In this document: piece by piece, positions 47,407 to 57,564 of the stretch
Numbering within the stretch: position 1 is the first letter of the stretch
How the letters are laid out: each line of letters starts with the position of its first letter
IMG/VR virus record: IMGVR_UViG_3300028920_002946
Coordinates: 1 to 64,000 of that record
DNA: 64,000 nucleotides
Direction: 5' to 3' (one strand)
Source: a virus
Translations under genes and position numbers: made by a program
The notes under the pieces: generated by a model
Told to the model about the DNA's origin: nothing
The model's input: only the letters and a program-made list of their open reading frames with translations
Databases searched by the model: none

Positions 47407-50400
47407 CTATACCCTCATCTCGTCCTTGTACTTCATTCTGTTGACCACGTCCTCGACCGCCTCGACGAACACGCGGCGGTACTCCTCGGGCTTGCCCTCC
47501 ATCGGTGCGTTGAAGTTGAGGGTCACCCCGTTCATGGCCAGCCCCCCGGCCGCGCCGCCCCTCATGATGCCCGGGCCGTAGTTCATCAGCTGCCCGGCCC
47601 CCATGCCGAGGCCCTTCGCCAGGGAGGAGCTGTCTATGGCCATGTCGCCCCTCTTCAAGTTGACGAGGCCGCCCCTCTTCACGAGGAAGTCCTGCTCTTC
47701 ACCGAACAGTGCATCAGCCGCTTCATCGAAACCTATTTTCGACCTGTACCCCGCTTTGGTTTTTGCGCCGAGAGACTCAACAAGCCTATTGGCGAAATCG
47801 GGGTCGCGTTTATTGGCGGCGGTCCCCCCGTACGCGCCGGTGGCCGATTTTCCCAACTTTTTCAAATCAGCATTGAGTCCGCGCACTGCAAGGTTATACG
47901 CTTCGGCCGCGCCCTCACGGGCCCTCTCGAGCTGCATTTGGCTGTAGACGCCGCCTTCGGTGGCCTCCGGGGCTGACATGACCGCCCGATGCAGTTTCCC
48001 CAACTCCTTAATCTCCTCCTTTTGCTTATGCACGCTGGCGAGCTGCTCGTCGGCGGACATGCGCGCCTCGCGCCGCACCTCCTCGAGGATCGAGGGTATG
48101 AGGCTGTATTTTTTCTCGATTTCCGCTATCTGCTCGCGCCCCGTTGACAGAGAGGCGGACACGCTCTTTATGGCTTTTTCATCGGCGCCAGCCCTCTTCA
48201 TGGCTTCCAGGAGTTCGCCTCCGGTGTACTGCTGTATCTGAAGCTGCTTGTATCTGGCGGCCGCATGGGTCTCGGCGCTGACGAACCTCTCCTCCTGTTC
48301 CCCCCTCTTGCGTTTCGTAAGGAACCTGAAAAGCCCTATAAGCTCCTGGAGTATGCTTCCGGCCCTCTTGGCCGTCTCCGCCGTGGCCACCGATATGCTT
48401 GCCATGAAGTCGCTGCTCGCCAAGGCGAACTTCACGTTCTCCTTGCCTATGTCGAGGTACTTGGCGATGGGGGTGGTCTGCTTCACCAACTCCTCCATCC
48501 GCCGATCCGTGACCTCAGCCTCCTTGCCGGCGGTGACCACCGCAGCCACCCTACTCGCCCAATCCTTGACCTCGCCCTGCGATATCGCCTTGTATTCCTT
48601 CTCGCTCCATTTCGTGCCCGCTTTCTTGCCCGCCTGCTTGCCCGCTACGACTTCCTCGACCCTGTTGACCATGTGCATGAAAACCGGGCCGCCCTCCCTT
48701 ATCAAGGAGAGGATGCGCTCCAATTCGTCGGCGCCAATCCCCCCCGCTTTAAGCTTCCCACGGGCCTCCGAAAGCAAGTCCTCCAATGACTTGATGGGGC
48801 TGAGCTTCGGGTGGTTGAAGAACAAGTTCACGTCGCTCGCGACATCGCTCAAGGCGCTCCCCTGCACGGCATCGTTCATGATGGTTTCGAAATGCCCGAT
48901 CTCCTCCTCCATCAAGGAGAACGTGGCGTTCGCCCTCTTCATCGCCTTGTTGACCGTGTCGAGGTTCCATCCCATCGTCTTGCTCAACACCTCATACGCG
49001 GCGGCCTTGTCCTCAAAGAAGTCCACGTTGAACTTCTCCATGACCCTGTACGCCATCTTCATGACATCGTCCGAGAGCACGTCGAGCATGCCCGCCATGC
49101 CCGTCAAGTCGCCCCTCCTGGCGGCCTCCTGGAGATTCCTTTTGTCCATCTCGGCGGCGTGCAGGCGCGTCCTGGCCGCCTCCAGCTCCTTTTTGGCCCC
49201 CTCCGTCTTTGGGCCGCCCCCGCCCTCGAGTTCCCTGACGATGCTCTTCTGCTCCTGGATGGCCTGATCCATCTCGGCGACGCGCTGGTCCATCATCCTC
49301 TTGACCTCGTCCTCGCCGAGTATGTTGACCAGCTGCCGGCGCTGGTCCATCCCCATGCCCTTGATGCTCCCCATCAGCGTCTGGACGGTCTCGGAGGCGT
49401 CCTTGAAGCCCATGAGGCCCGTCTCCGAGAAGGTGCGCAGCATGTCCGAGGTGGACTTGAGGTAGTTCCCGTAGAAGGACAGCGACGTGCTGACGTTCTC
49501 GACTATCTGGTAGAACTTCTGCGAGTTCACGCCGGCCATCGCGGCGTCGTACGACAGGCCCTTGAAGGCGTCGCTCACGTCGTCGAGGCTGCTCCGGAGG
49601 TTCATCATCTGGCGGCTCATCATCTGCCCCATCTCGCTGAACGAAACCCCGAACTGCTTGCTCAGCTTGAAGCCCTCCTCTATGGCCTGGTTGTAGCCCC
49701 CGGCCCTCTTCGCGATGCCCTCGAGCGAAAGTCCGCCCGTGGACATGGCCTTGAAGAACCCCGTGATGTCCTTCTCCTGCAAACCGAGCCTCATGTTGCG
49801 GCCGACATCGAATATGGCCTTGTTGAAATCCGCCATGGACTTGCTGACATCCTTCATGAGGACGGTGGATCCCGCCATCGTCATCCAGGACTTGTTGAGA
49901 TCCTTCATGAACTTGTCGAGCTCGTTGACGGCGCTGACCGCGGCCCTGATGGTCCCGACGAGCATGCCTATCCAATTCAAGCCCTTGAGGGCATTGCCGA
50001 GCGCCTTGAGCCCGCCCGAAAGCTTCAGTATGCCCCCCCCGGCATCCTCCGCTATGGCCTTGAACTCCTTGAAGCCCTCGCGGACACTCTCCATCGACCC
50101 GTAGCCGCCCTTGAACGCCCCGCCCATGGCCCCCAGCGTCTTCGACTTGATGCCGACGGCCCCGACAAGGCCCCCCGCCACGCCCCCGAGAGCCTTCTCC
50201 CCGAAAACCTCCTTTCCCCACTTACCGTAGGCTTCCTTCCTCTCCCCGCGGGTGCCCGTCCTCATAGTGTGGAGGAGCTTCGTCCTCTCGCTGGCGTTCT
50301 TCATGGCCTTATCGTGCAGCTTGTCCTCGTAGGACATGAGCGCCTTGTACATCGACTCGCCGATGACCTTGCGCGCCTTGAGCTGGTCGAGCTCCGCGCG

Positions 50401-50766
50401 GAACACCTTGGATATCTGCTTGGTGTGGCTCACATATTCGGCGACCGACTTGGTGCTCGCCGAGGCCATATCGTCCATCCTCTTGCCGACTTTGTTGACC
50501 TCGTCCTGCACGTTCTGGATCACGCCCCTCAATTTTTCCCAAGCCCGCAGGGACCGCGTTGCGACCGTCTTTTTCTTCTCGAGCTTGTCGTATTCCCGGT
50601 TTATCCTCTCGACCTGCTTCGAATAATCTGCGGCGCTCCTGTCGAGCATGTTGAGCTTCTGGGCCAGCCTGGACTGCGCGTTGGTCACGTCCGAGATAAC
50701 GTTCCGATGCCGGGTCATGGCATCGGTCAGCTCATTAAGCTTCCGGGGATCCTGATAAATATTCAT
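47407..50766 (-). CDS. Tape measure protein
   Basis: 1119 aa; helical, Ala/Gly-rich with a hydrophobic stretch; canonical position after tube and chaperones. Confidence 0.8.
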   Translation of the reverse strand: MNIYQDPRKLNELTDAMTRHRNVISDVTNAQSRLAQKLNMLDRSAADYSKQVERINREYDKLEKKKTVATRSLRAWEKLRGVIQNVQDEVNKVGKRMDDMASASTKSVAEYVSHTKQISKVFRAELDQLKARKVIGESMYKALMSYEDKLHDKAMKNASERTKLLHTMRTGTRGERKEAYGKWGKEVFGEKALGGVAGGLVGAVGIKSKTLGAMGGAFKGGYGSMESVREGFKEFKAIAEDAGGGILKLSGGLKALGNALKGLNWIGMLVGTIRAAVSAVNELDKFMKDLNKSWMTMAGSTVLMKDVSKSMADFNKAIFDVGRNMRLGLQEKDITGFFKAMSTGGLSLEGIAKRAGGYNQAIEEGFKLSKQFGVSFSEMGQMMSRQMMNLRSSLDDVSDAFKGLSYDAAMAGVNSQKFYQIVENVSTSLSFYGNYLKSTSDMLRTFSETGLMGFKDASETVQTLMGSIKGMGMDQRRQLVNILGEDEVKRMMDQRVAEMDQAIQEQKSIVRELEGGGGPKTEGAKKELEAARTRLHAAEMDKRNLQEAARRGDLTGMAGMLDVLSDDVMKMAYRVMEKFNVDFFEDKAAAYEVLSKTMGWNLDTVNKAMKRANATFSLMEEEIGHFETIMNDAVQGSALSDVASDVNLFFNHPKLSPIKSLEDLLSEARGKLKAGGIGADELERILSLIREGGPVFMHMVNRVEEVVAGKQAGKKAGTKWSEKEYKAISQGEVKDWASRVAAVVTAGKEAEVTDRRMEELVKQTTPIAKYLDIGKENVKFALASSDFMASISVATAETAKRAGSILQELIGLFRFLTKRKRGEQEERFVSAETHAAARYKQLQIQQYTGGELLEAMKRAGADEKAIKSVSASLSTGREQIAEIEKKYSLIPSILEEVRREARMSADEQLASVHKQKEEIKELGKLHRAVMSAPEATEGGVYSQMQLERAREGAAEAYNLAVRGLNADLKKLGKSATGAYGGTAANKRDPDFANRLVESLGAKTKAGYRSKIGFDEAADALFGEEQDFLVKRGGLVNLKRGDMAIDSSSLAKGLGMGAGQLMNYGPGIMRGGAAGGLAMNGVTLNFNAPMEGKPEEYRRVFVEAVEDVVNRMKYKDEMRV

Positions 50767-50772
50767 CGGGGC

Positions 50773-51810
50773 CTACCTTATCACCCTCGTGCTCACCTTT
50801 TTCATGAATCGGTCGTCCTTCTCGTCCTTCTCGTAGCCCTCGTACGCGCTCATGTACCTCACGACGTGCGACTTCGGGGCGCTCGAGAGGGCCTCGATCT
50901 CCTCGGGGGTCGCCTGGCGCGAGTCCTCCTCATCCAGGGACGCGGGATCCACCCTCATGCCCTCGCGGAAGGCCCGCGCGCGCTCCTCGGCGCGCCGCTT
51001 CATCTCCTCCGCGCGCGACCGCTGCCTCTCCATCCACTTGTCGATGAAAAGATCATGTTTGTCCTTCTCGCCCCTCATCTGGCGGTACAGCTCGCGTACG
51101 ATGTCCTCCCTGCTACGGATGGGCATGGTCCACTCGGCCGCCCTCTTCTCCTCGTCGCGGCGCTTCTTGTCGTACCCCCACTTCCTTATCTCTGCCCGCA
51201 GGGACTCCAATTCGTCCCTCTGCTTGTCGTAGTTGCGGGAGATGACCCTCGCGCCCTTGTAGTTCAGGGAGGACGCCACCATGAGGGAGAGGTTGAACTG
51301 CTTGGCGTACTCGTGCTCCTCGTCCAGCTGCCTGTTCACGAGCGCCCAGTTCTCCTGGACTGCGTTCAGGCCCGCCACACGCGCGCCCGGGAAGCTGAGC
51401 AGGCCGTCCTCCTTGTAGACCCTCCACAGATAGCGGGATCTCTCGGTGTAGCAGAAGCCCTCGAGGAATCTGAGGACATCGTAGTAATGCCCGCTGAGGA
51501 ACTTGACCGCCGCGTTGAGGGACGACACGAGGCTCACGGGGGATCGCCTGTACATGCCCATGAGCGCCGGCACGGCCTCCGACCTCGCGTCCAGCATGGA
51601 CTCCCCGTCGATGGAGAACGTGCAGAACGCCAGCTTGCACGAAAGGTCGGCGACGGGATCCTTGGCGTCCCTGTACATGCCGAGCATGGACGACTCCCTG
51701 TCCGTCATGCTCTTTATGACCACGTAGGACCCGTCGATCCGCAACTCGGCCGTCAGAAAGCCCTGTGTGATGATCCTCTCGACGATCGGGTATGCCGTCT
51801 CCGCGTCCAC
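50773..51810 (-). CDS. Tail assembly chaperone-like protein
   Basis: 345 aa; GTG start; located between tube and tape measure. Confidence 0.5.
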   Translation of the reverse strand: MDAETAYPIVERIITQGFLTAELRIDGSYVVIKSMTDRESSMLGMYRDAKDPVADLSCKLAFCTFSIDGESMLDARSEAVPALMGMYRRSPVSLVSSLNAAVKFLSGHYYDVLRFLEGFCYTERSRYLWRVYKEDGLLSFPGARVAGLNAVQENWALVNRQLDEEHEYAKQFNLSLMVASSLNYKGARVISRNYDKQRDELESLRAEIRKWGYDKKRRDEEKRAAEWTMPIRSREDIVRELYRQMRGEKDKHDLFIDKWMERQRSRAEEMKRRAEERARAFREGMRVDPASLDEEDSRQATPEEIEALSSAPKSHVVRYMSAYEGYEKDEKDDRFMKKVSTRVIR

Positions 51811-51812
51811 GC

Positions 51813-52415
51813 CTACGCCTTGGGCCTCTCGCTCGCATCGCTGTAGTCGTCGGGCAGCCTCTCAAGCTGTATGTCGGCGTCGGGCGAGGGGACGTTCGAT
51901 GCCCCGGTCTCCCCCGACTCCGGGCCTGCGGCCGCCTCGGGTGTCGCCTCCGCCCTGGACTGCGCCTCGTTAATCCTGGCCTCGCGTTCCTTCTCCCTCT
52001 GCTCGGGGGTCTTGTACCACGAGTAGGACAGCGACTTGTTTATCTCCTCCTCCTTCTGCTCGCGCAGATCGACGTACACGTCGAACAGGGTGTCCGTGAC
52101 CTTGTTCGGGAGCGTGTTCAGCAGCTCCTTGACGTAGACGGCCCTCTCCTTCGACGAGTTCGCGCCCCTCTCGCCGTCCTCAACCACCTCCGGCAGCTCC
52201 TCGCCGTCTATGGTCCGTATGGCGTAGGACAGCATGTTCTTCTGCATCTCGCTGTAGAAGGCCATGCCCTCCATATCCTCCGAGGGCGTGGCCTGGACCC
52301 TCTGCTCCTCGTTGAGGGACAGGACCTGCAGCCCGAACTTGACGCCGCCGATTTCGGCCTCCGTCCGGTACTGGAACTTCATCTGCAGCTTTTTGATGGA
52401 ATCTGGTATAGGCAT
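51813..52415 (-). CDS. Tail assembly chaperone-like protein
   Basis: 200 aa; LSLNEEQ...LSYAIRTIDG...LPNKVTDTLFDVY pattern; located after the tube gene. Confidence 0.55.
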   Translation of the reverse strand: MPIPDSIKKLQMKFQYRTEAEIGGVKFGLQVLSLNEEQRVQATPSEDMEGMAFYSEMQKNMLSYAIRTIDGEELPEVVEDGERGANSSKERAVYVKELLNTLPNKVTDTLFDVYVDLREQKEEEINKSLSYSWYKTPEQREKEREARINEAQSRAEATPEAAAGPESGETGASNVPSPDADIQLERLPDDYSDASERPKA

Positions 52416-52602
52416 GTGAATCTCCCCACGCGGAATCCGCCGCGCGCGAAAAAGTGAACAGAAGCTGTTCTGGGAGTTCGCAGCCTAGAGGTACTGCTCG
52501 GAAGGATGTGTATCTAATTATCTTATTTGTATATACAGGTGCAGCTATGGAGATTTGATTTTATGTAGATATCACGACCTGTCCGAAAGCGCCCCTATGC
52601 GC

Positions 52603-53298
52603 TTATCCCTGGGCCGCCGCCAAACCGGGAGTCGACGAAGTTATGATCCTGGACACCGAGCCGATGTTGAACAGATCGCTGTCATCGAACTCGTTGTAGT
52701 CGGCCGTCGGGCTCTGGATGATGTCCGTGACGTTGACAGTGCAGTTCTCCTGCACCAGCGCCGCGTCGGCCGCATAGCTGGAGTTCACGTCGGACAGCCA
52801 GCACCCCTCGTAGTAGGTGACGATAGCCGCCAAGTTTCCTTCAGCCGCGTAGTCCCCGTACGCTTCCGAGAAATTTGAGTTCTCGCTGAAGTTCGCCTGG
52901 AAGTTGTCCGACACGAGGCGGCTGATGACCAACTCCTGCACGATGTCGAACGGCCACTTGTGGTGCCTGAGCGACCGCACGATGCCGTCGATGCCCCCTT
53001 TGTACCCGAACACCTGGAAAATCATGCTCAGGTACTGCGCGGTCCTCGTAACGGCGAGTGTCATCGGCTCGGTCACGCCCGGCACAAGCTCGGCGACGTG
53101 GTCGCCGTAGCCGACGCCGCGCACGGGCTCGATGGCCCTCGTCTCAGAGGGGTCGAACGTCGCCACGACCCCTATCTGGGTCGCCACCGTCTGGTTGTCC
53201 GCCGGGGTCGCGTAGATCTTGTTCTTCTGACTGATGACCGACGCGGTCTCGGGCGTGACACCCAAACGGTGTATGTAAGTGTCCCTGTCTCTTGCCAT
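52603..53298 (-). CDS. Tail tube protein
   Basis: 231 aa; IGVVATFDPSETR...GVGYGD...ELVPG...PFDI...YYEGCWLS...LVQENCTV pattern of myovirus tube proteins; downstream of the sheath. Confidence 0.8.
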   Translation of the reverse strand: MARDRDTYIHRLGVTPETASVISQKNKIYATPADNQTVATQIGVVATFDPSETRAIEPVRGVGYGDHVAELVPGVTEPMTLAVTRTAQYLSMIFQVFGYKGGIDGIVRSLRHHKWPFDIVQELVISRLVSDNFQANFSENSNFSEAYGDYAAEGNLAAIVTYYEGCWLSDVNSSYAADAALVQENCTVNVTDIIQSPTADYNEFDDSDLFNIGSVSRIITSSTPGLAAAQG

Positions 53299-53316
53299 GT
53301 GCTGGGCTCCTTTGGG

Positions 53317-54411
53317 TTACTGGAAGAGCTTCCCAAGCGTGTCGACATCGTCCTTGGTGAGTTCCACATCGGCCATCGGCGCTGTCAGCTCGATGCCTTT
53401 GAACACCATCGAGGACTCACTCCGGTCGCTGGCTTCCTTCTTCATCTCGCCGAGTTCCTCGAGCGCTTTGGCGGCCTGCTCGGCCCCCTTGGTGGCCTCC
53501 TCTTCCTTCTTCTCGGCCTTCTCCTCCTTGCGCTCCTCCTTCTGCTCCTGCGCCTTGGTCGGCTCGGCCTCGTCCTTCTTCGGCGCCGGCTCCTCGACCA
53601 CGGCCTCCTCGGCTACCTCCTCGGCCTCCCCGGCCTCGGCTTGCTTCGGCTCCTCGGCCTCCGCGGCCTCGGACTGCTTTGGCTCCTCGGCGGCCTCCTT
53701 GGAGGCCTCCTTGCGGACCTCGCCCTTGGACTTGGAGTACATGTCCGTGTCGAGGGCCTCGGCGACGTCAGGCGTCTGCTCCGGCTTCAAGGTCGAAGGC
53801 TTCTCGGCCTTCTTCTCCCCGTCCGGGGTCTGCTCCTTGGTGAGGTGCGCGTTGGTGTCGCAGCACTGCACCTTGTCCATGGCCTCCTTGCCGAGCACGT
53901 CGCCGACAAGGTTGCGGATGACCGCGTCTGTGGCCTCGCGGCTCCACGAGTTGACTGTTCCTTCCCTCTCGGGGGTCGCTTCATCAGACACGGTTTCCTC
54001 CTCCTCGCTTGCGCTCTTCAAGATCCCTTGTATCTTCGGATCCTGTAGTAGTTTCTGCACCTCAGGCTTTGTCAAGAGAGCCTGCATGACAGCGTGAGCC
54101 TTCTTTGGGTCACTCATCAGTGCGAGCTGCTGTTGCGGGTTCCTCGGCTCGAAAGCCGGGTCGACATGCTGGCGTCCCACCGTGGCTGGTCCCTTCGGGG
54201 CACTCATTTGGACACCGAATCCGCCGCCGAGTTGCGCCGCCTGCGCCTCGTCAGCGTCGAACCCCTCGCCCAGAAGGGTGGCGAACTTCTCGTCCGGCAT
54301 GAGTTCCAGGGCGCGGGACATGGCCAGAAGCTCGTTCCTCATCTGACTGTCGTTGGCAAACACGTCCGCGAGCCCACCGATTCTCTTCGAAAGTGCGATG
54401 CGATCCATCAT
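53317..54411 (-). CDS. Acidic low-complexity protein between sheath and tube
   Basis: Start revised to MMDRIAL (GAGGAG upstream); E/A/K-rich tracts. Confidence 0.7.
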   Translation of the reverse strand: MMDRIALSKRIGGLADVFANDSQMRNELLAMSRALELMPDEKFATLLGEGFDADEAQAAQLGGGFGVQMSAPKGPATVGRQHVDPAFEPRNPQQQLALMSDPKKAHAVMQALLTKPEVQKLLQDPKIQGILKSASEEEETVSDEATPEREGTVNSWSREATDAVIRNLVGDVLGKEAMDKVQCCDTNAHLTKEQTPDGEKKAEKPSTLKPEQTPDVAEALDTDMYSKSKGEVRKEASKEAAEEPKQSEAAEAEEPKQAEAGEAEEVAEEAVVEEPAPKKDEAEPTKAQEQKEERKEEKAEKKEEEATKGAEQAAKALEELGEMKKEASDRSESSMVFKGIELTAPMADVELTKDDVDTLGKLFQ

Positions 54412-54459
54412 TCTCTCCTCGTGATTGGTATTCTCGCTTCGGTATTTCACTCCCGGCCA

Positions 54460-54475
54460 GGGAGCCGAAGCCCCC
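54460..54475 (-). terminator. C(UUCG)G tetraloop hairpin directly after the sheath stop (mRNA stabiliser or weak terminator)
   Basis: Minus strand GGGGGC-TTCG-GCTCCC; no U-tract. Confidence 0.5.
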
Positions 54476-54479
54476 TACC

Positions 54480-57428
54480 CTAGATCGAAGTGCTCATGTT
54501 GAGTGTGACAAGTATCCAATCAAGCTCCGGCACCGGCGAGTAGTAAGCCTCGACGTCCACCGTGCTTATGTCCGTTGCATTCGGCGTGACCTTGATCCCC
54601 TTGTACTCGACGATCAGCTCCGACTGCTTCAATGACTTGAAGTACGCACCCACCGTGTCCTTGATCTGCGGCAGGATCCTCGGCAGGTTCTTCGAGCCGA
54701 TGTACCTGCGCAGCACCCTGCGGAGGCCCTGCTGCACGAAGTGCTTGACCTCGACGATGCGCGGGTTCCTGGTGAGCTGGTTGCTGAGGTCCGTCGTCAG
54801 GTAGAACATGATGTCGATGACGGGGTTCCTCTCCTCCAGGACCGTGCAGCCCGCCTGCGCCACCTGCGCCGCCGTGACGTTGTCGAGCCTGCGGTACAGC
54901 CTCGTGAAGCCCGTCACGCTCTGCCCGGTGAGGGGCGTCGCGATGTCGTAGGCCGGCGAGACGTCCAGGCCCGCGACCGCCGCGGCCACGATCGACCCGT
55001 CCATGAGGTACTCGACGTCGTTGCCGTACACGTCCGTGATGGTGTACACCGCCGCGTCCGGATAGACCGCCGTGACCTTCTCGGTCTTCAGATTCTTCAC
55101 GCTGGAGATGACCGTGTCGGGATCCGTGCCGATCTCGAAGCCGATGATGCTCGTGCGCTCGTTGCGGTAGCGCTTGCTCGACTGGATCGCGTTCGATGTC
55201 TTCAGATACGAATGGATCTCCGAATCGGTGCTCAACGGCTGGATGAGCGCGGGCCTGAGGCCGTTGGCCAGAGGCTCGTTGAACTCGTCGATTCCGTCGA
55301 TGTAGTCCTGGACGCTCGCGTCCGTGCCGCCCGACACCTTCTGGATCTGCTTCACCGCTATGGCCCGGGCGCCGTTCTTGAACGCCAAGTCGCACGCGAC
55401 GGTGACTCGGTTGTTGACGTCGTAGGGGCCGTACAGCTTCTGCACCTGGCCCATGTCCGTGACGTACTTCACCGTGAAGTCGATCTTGTTCTTGTCGAAC
55501 GTGACGTAGTAGATGTCGCCCACGTCCGGCTCGTTGCCGGACTTGTTGTAGGTGTAGATGAGCACCGTGTCGTCAGTGTTGTCCTCGGCGCCGCCGTCTG
55601 TCGTCAAAACCGTGAGATTGACTCCCGGGATGACGCGCACGATGTTCGTGTTGGCGGTGATGTAGTACTTCGCCGGACTGGTCGCCGAGGTCGGGTCGCC
55701 CACGTAGTAGTAGACGTAGGTGCCCACGCCGGGCGCGAACCCGGTGTCGGCGAACGCCACCCTGAACCCGGTCGCCGGGTCGATGTAGGTCTTCCCGAGG
55801 TAGCCCTTGTTCTGGTTGTAGGTCGTGACCGAGCCGGTCTTCCCGTCCGTCGTGAAGGCGGGGCCGACCTTCGAACTGACCGTGAAGCCGCCCACGCCGT
55901 CGAAGGTGACCTTCACCCTCTCGACCTGCGCGAGGAGCGGGTCGACTTCGGTGTTGACCGCGCCCGCGCCCGCGTAAACCGGGGTCACCGTGCCGCCGGC
56001 GGCCTGCTGCACATCCAAGGCCCACCCGTTGAGGTTGGATTGGATCGTGTACTTGCCGACCGTGGCCGCCCCCGGGACCCTGTTCGTCAGAGTCCAGGTG
56101 TCGTCGCGGAGGTTGTTCTCGTGGTACGTGACGTAGACCTTCTCCTCCATCGCCTCCGAGGGGGCCGTCGCCAGCGTGATGGTCTGCCCGCTGATGCTCA
56201 GGACGGGCACAGCGCCGGCCGTCTTGGCGGCTGACCATGTGGCGCCCACGTAGGCGATGATGTCGTCGGGGTCCTCGGTCGCTTTCCCGGTATCGTCTCC
56301 GTTAACCGGCGCGCTCGGCAACGTGAATTCCTTGTTTGTGCCGGAGTTGATCTTGTTGCCGTTCGCGTCGTAGACCGGGTTGCCGGATCCGTCCGTCTTG
56401 TAGACGACCGGGGCGGCCACGCGGCCGTAAACGTATGTGTCGACAATCGACATGAACACATTGTCGTTGAGCGCATCGGATCCCACCGTGTAAACGCCCG
56501 CCTCCTGGCTGTAGGAGTTGCCCCAGTGGATGGCGGGGGAACCCGTGGCCGGGTCGGTGCTGAGCACGCAGTCGTTGCCGATGGAGTAGTCGTTCGTGTC
56601 CTGGCTCAGGCCGGCCTTGATCAGCCTGTTCACCTGCGCGGCGGGGAGCACGTCGAACGTGTCCTGCCAGGTGTTGGTGAAGTACCAGACGCGGACATCG
56701 TCATCGGTATCAGGGGCGGTTTCGAGCGCGAACATGCCGTCCGACCCGTCCAGGTCGGTGATGGTCGCCTCGATGTCGTTGACCGTGACCTTGATGATCT
56801 GGACGGTCGCCTCGACCTCGTCGCCCGGCGAGCCCGGGGTCGGGTCGTAAAGGATGACGACTGTCTTGCCGATGTCGGTGTCGGTCGCGGCGCGGCCGTC
56901 GTTGTCGCCCTTGACGATCCTGGCGTTCTTCACCTTGAACGACGTGTTGCTCCCGTCAGCCTGGTCGGAGAGATCCTCGTCCTCGACGTAGGTGTCGCGG
57001 CGCTTCATCCAGTAGTTCGCGCGCACGTCCGCCCCAGTCGGGGGTATCCTCTGCAGGGTGACCTCGCCGGTCAGCCCGTCGACCGAGTTGACCGCGACGG
57101 GCACGCTGTCGACGGTCACGATGACCGCCCGGGGGTCGTCGGAGACCGTGCCGGATCCGTCGCCGGTCACGATCGGGAAGTATTCGACGTTGAAGTTCTT
57201 GTTGGTCCCCGTGAACTTCGCCGATTCGTCCTCTTCGAGAATCAGATTGTCGGCGATCGCCGAAGATCCGCGCGGCACCTCGAAGTTGGAGATCCTCGTC
57301 TCCTCGGAGGATGTCCCGATGATAGCGGGGATCCTCACGTCACCGGCCGCGGTGACTCCCGGCGCCTCTAGCCTTGTCTCCACGATCACAGACGGGAAGA
57401 CAAAAACTTCAAGTGGTCCTATGGCCAT
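54480..57428 (-). CDS. Contractile tail sheath protein with Ig-like insertion domains
   Basis: 982 aa; N-terminal VFPSVIVET...IPAIIG; C-terminal sheath motifs (AAAVAG, LTGQSVTGF, GCTVLE, VEAYYSPVPELDWILVT). Confidence 0.9.
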   Translation of the reverse strand: MAIGPLEVFVFPSVIVETRLEAPGVTAAGDVRIPAIIGTSSEETRISNFEVPRGSSAIADNLILEEDESAKFTGTNKNFNVEYFPIVTGDGSGTVSDDPRAVIVTVDSVPVAVNSVDGLTGEVTLQRIPPTGADVRANYWMKRRDTYVEDEDLSDQADGSNTSFKVKNARIVKGDNDGRAATDTDIGKTVVILYDPTPGSPGDEVEATVQIIKVTVNDIEATITDLDGSDGMFALETAPDTDDDVRVWYFTNTWQDTFDVLPAAQVNRLIKAGLSQDTNDYSIGNDCVLSTDPATGSPAIHWGNSYSQEAGVYTVGSDALNDNVFMSIVDTYVYGRVAAPVVYKTDGSGNPVYDANGNKINSGTNKEFTLPSAPVNGDDTGKATEDPDDIIAYVGATWSAAKTAGAVPVLSISGQTITLATAPSEAMEEKVYVTYHENNLRDDTWTLTNRVPGAATVGKYTIQSNLNGWALDVQQAAGGTVTPVYAGAGAVNTEVDPLLAQVERVKVTFDGVGGFTVSSKVGPAFTTDGKTGSVTTYNQNKGYLGKTYIDPATGFRVAFADTGFAPGVGTYVYYYVGDPTSATSPAKYYITANTNIVRVIPGVNLTVLTTDGGAEDNTDDTVLIYTYNKSGNEPDVGDIYYVTFDKNKIDFTVKYVTDMGQVQKLYGPYDVNNRVTVACDLAFKNGARAIAVKQIQKVSGGTDASVQDYIDGIDEFNEPLANGLRPALIQPLSTDSEIHSYLKTSNAIQSSKRYRNERTSIIGFEIGTDPDTVISSVKNLKTEKVTAVYPDAAVYTITDVYGNDVEYLMDGSIVAAAVAGLDVSPAYDIATPLTGQSVTGFTRLYRRLDNVTAAQVAQAGCTVLEERNPVIDIMFYLTTDLSNQLTRNPRIVEVKHFVQQGLRRVLRRYIGSKNLPRILPQIKDTVGAYFKSLKQSELIVEYKGIKVTPNATDISTVDVEAYYSPVPELDWILVTLNMSTSI

Positions 57429-57538
57429 CTCGCCTTCTCCTTTTTCATTCCTCGCTGGACTCTGCCCTGAAAGCTGTCTTTGTCATGTGATGTCGATGTG
57501 GGACAAGACTGATTTGGGATGTACATTTCATATGGTGC

Positions 57539-57551
57539 ATTAATAGACTAT
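57539..57551 (-). promoter_or_regulatory. Putative late-promoter motif ATAGTCTATTAAT upstream of the sheath gene
   Basis: Exact consensus; intergenic. Confidence 0.6.
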
Positions 57552-57564
57552 TAGCCCAGCCTCT

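Noticed and set aside
50773-52415. Programmed G/GT-type frameshift between the tail chaperone genes
   Set aside because: No slippery heptamer seen near the 3' end of 51813..52415, and the next gene has its own GTG start 2 nt after the stop.
18301-57428. Bacterial eCIS/tailocin or T6SS locus instead of a phage
   Set aside because: A neck-like gene, a 1119-aa tape measure, phage-type promoter motifs and the scale of the region favour a phage, and no Afp15-like AAA ATPase or T6SS membrane complex is seen. Not fully excluded, because capsid, portal and terminase genes are outside the window.
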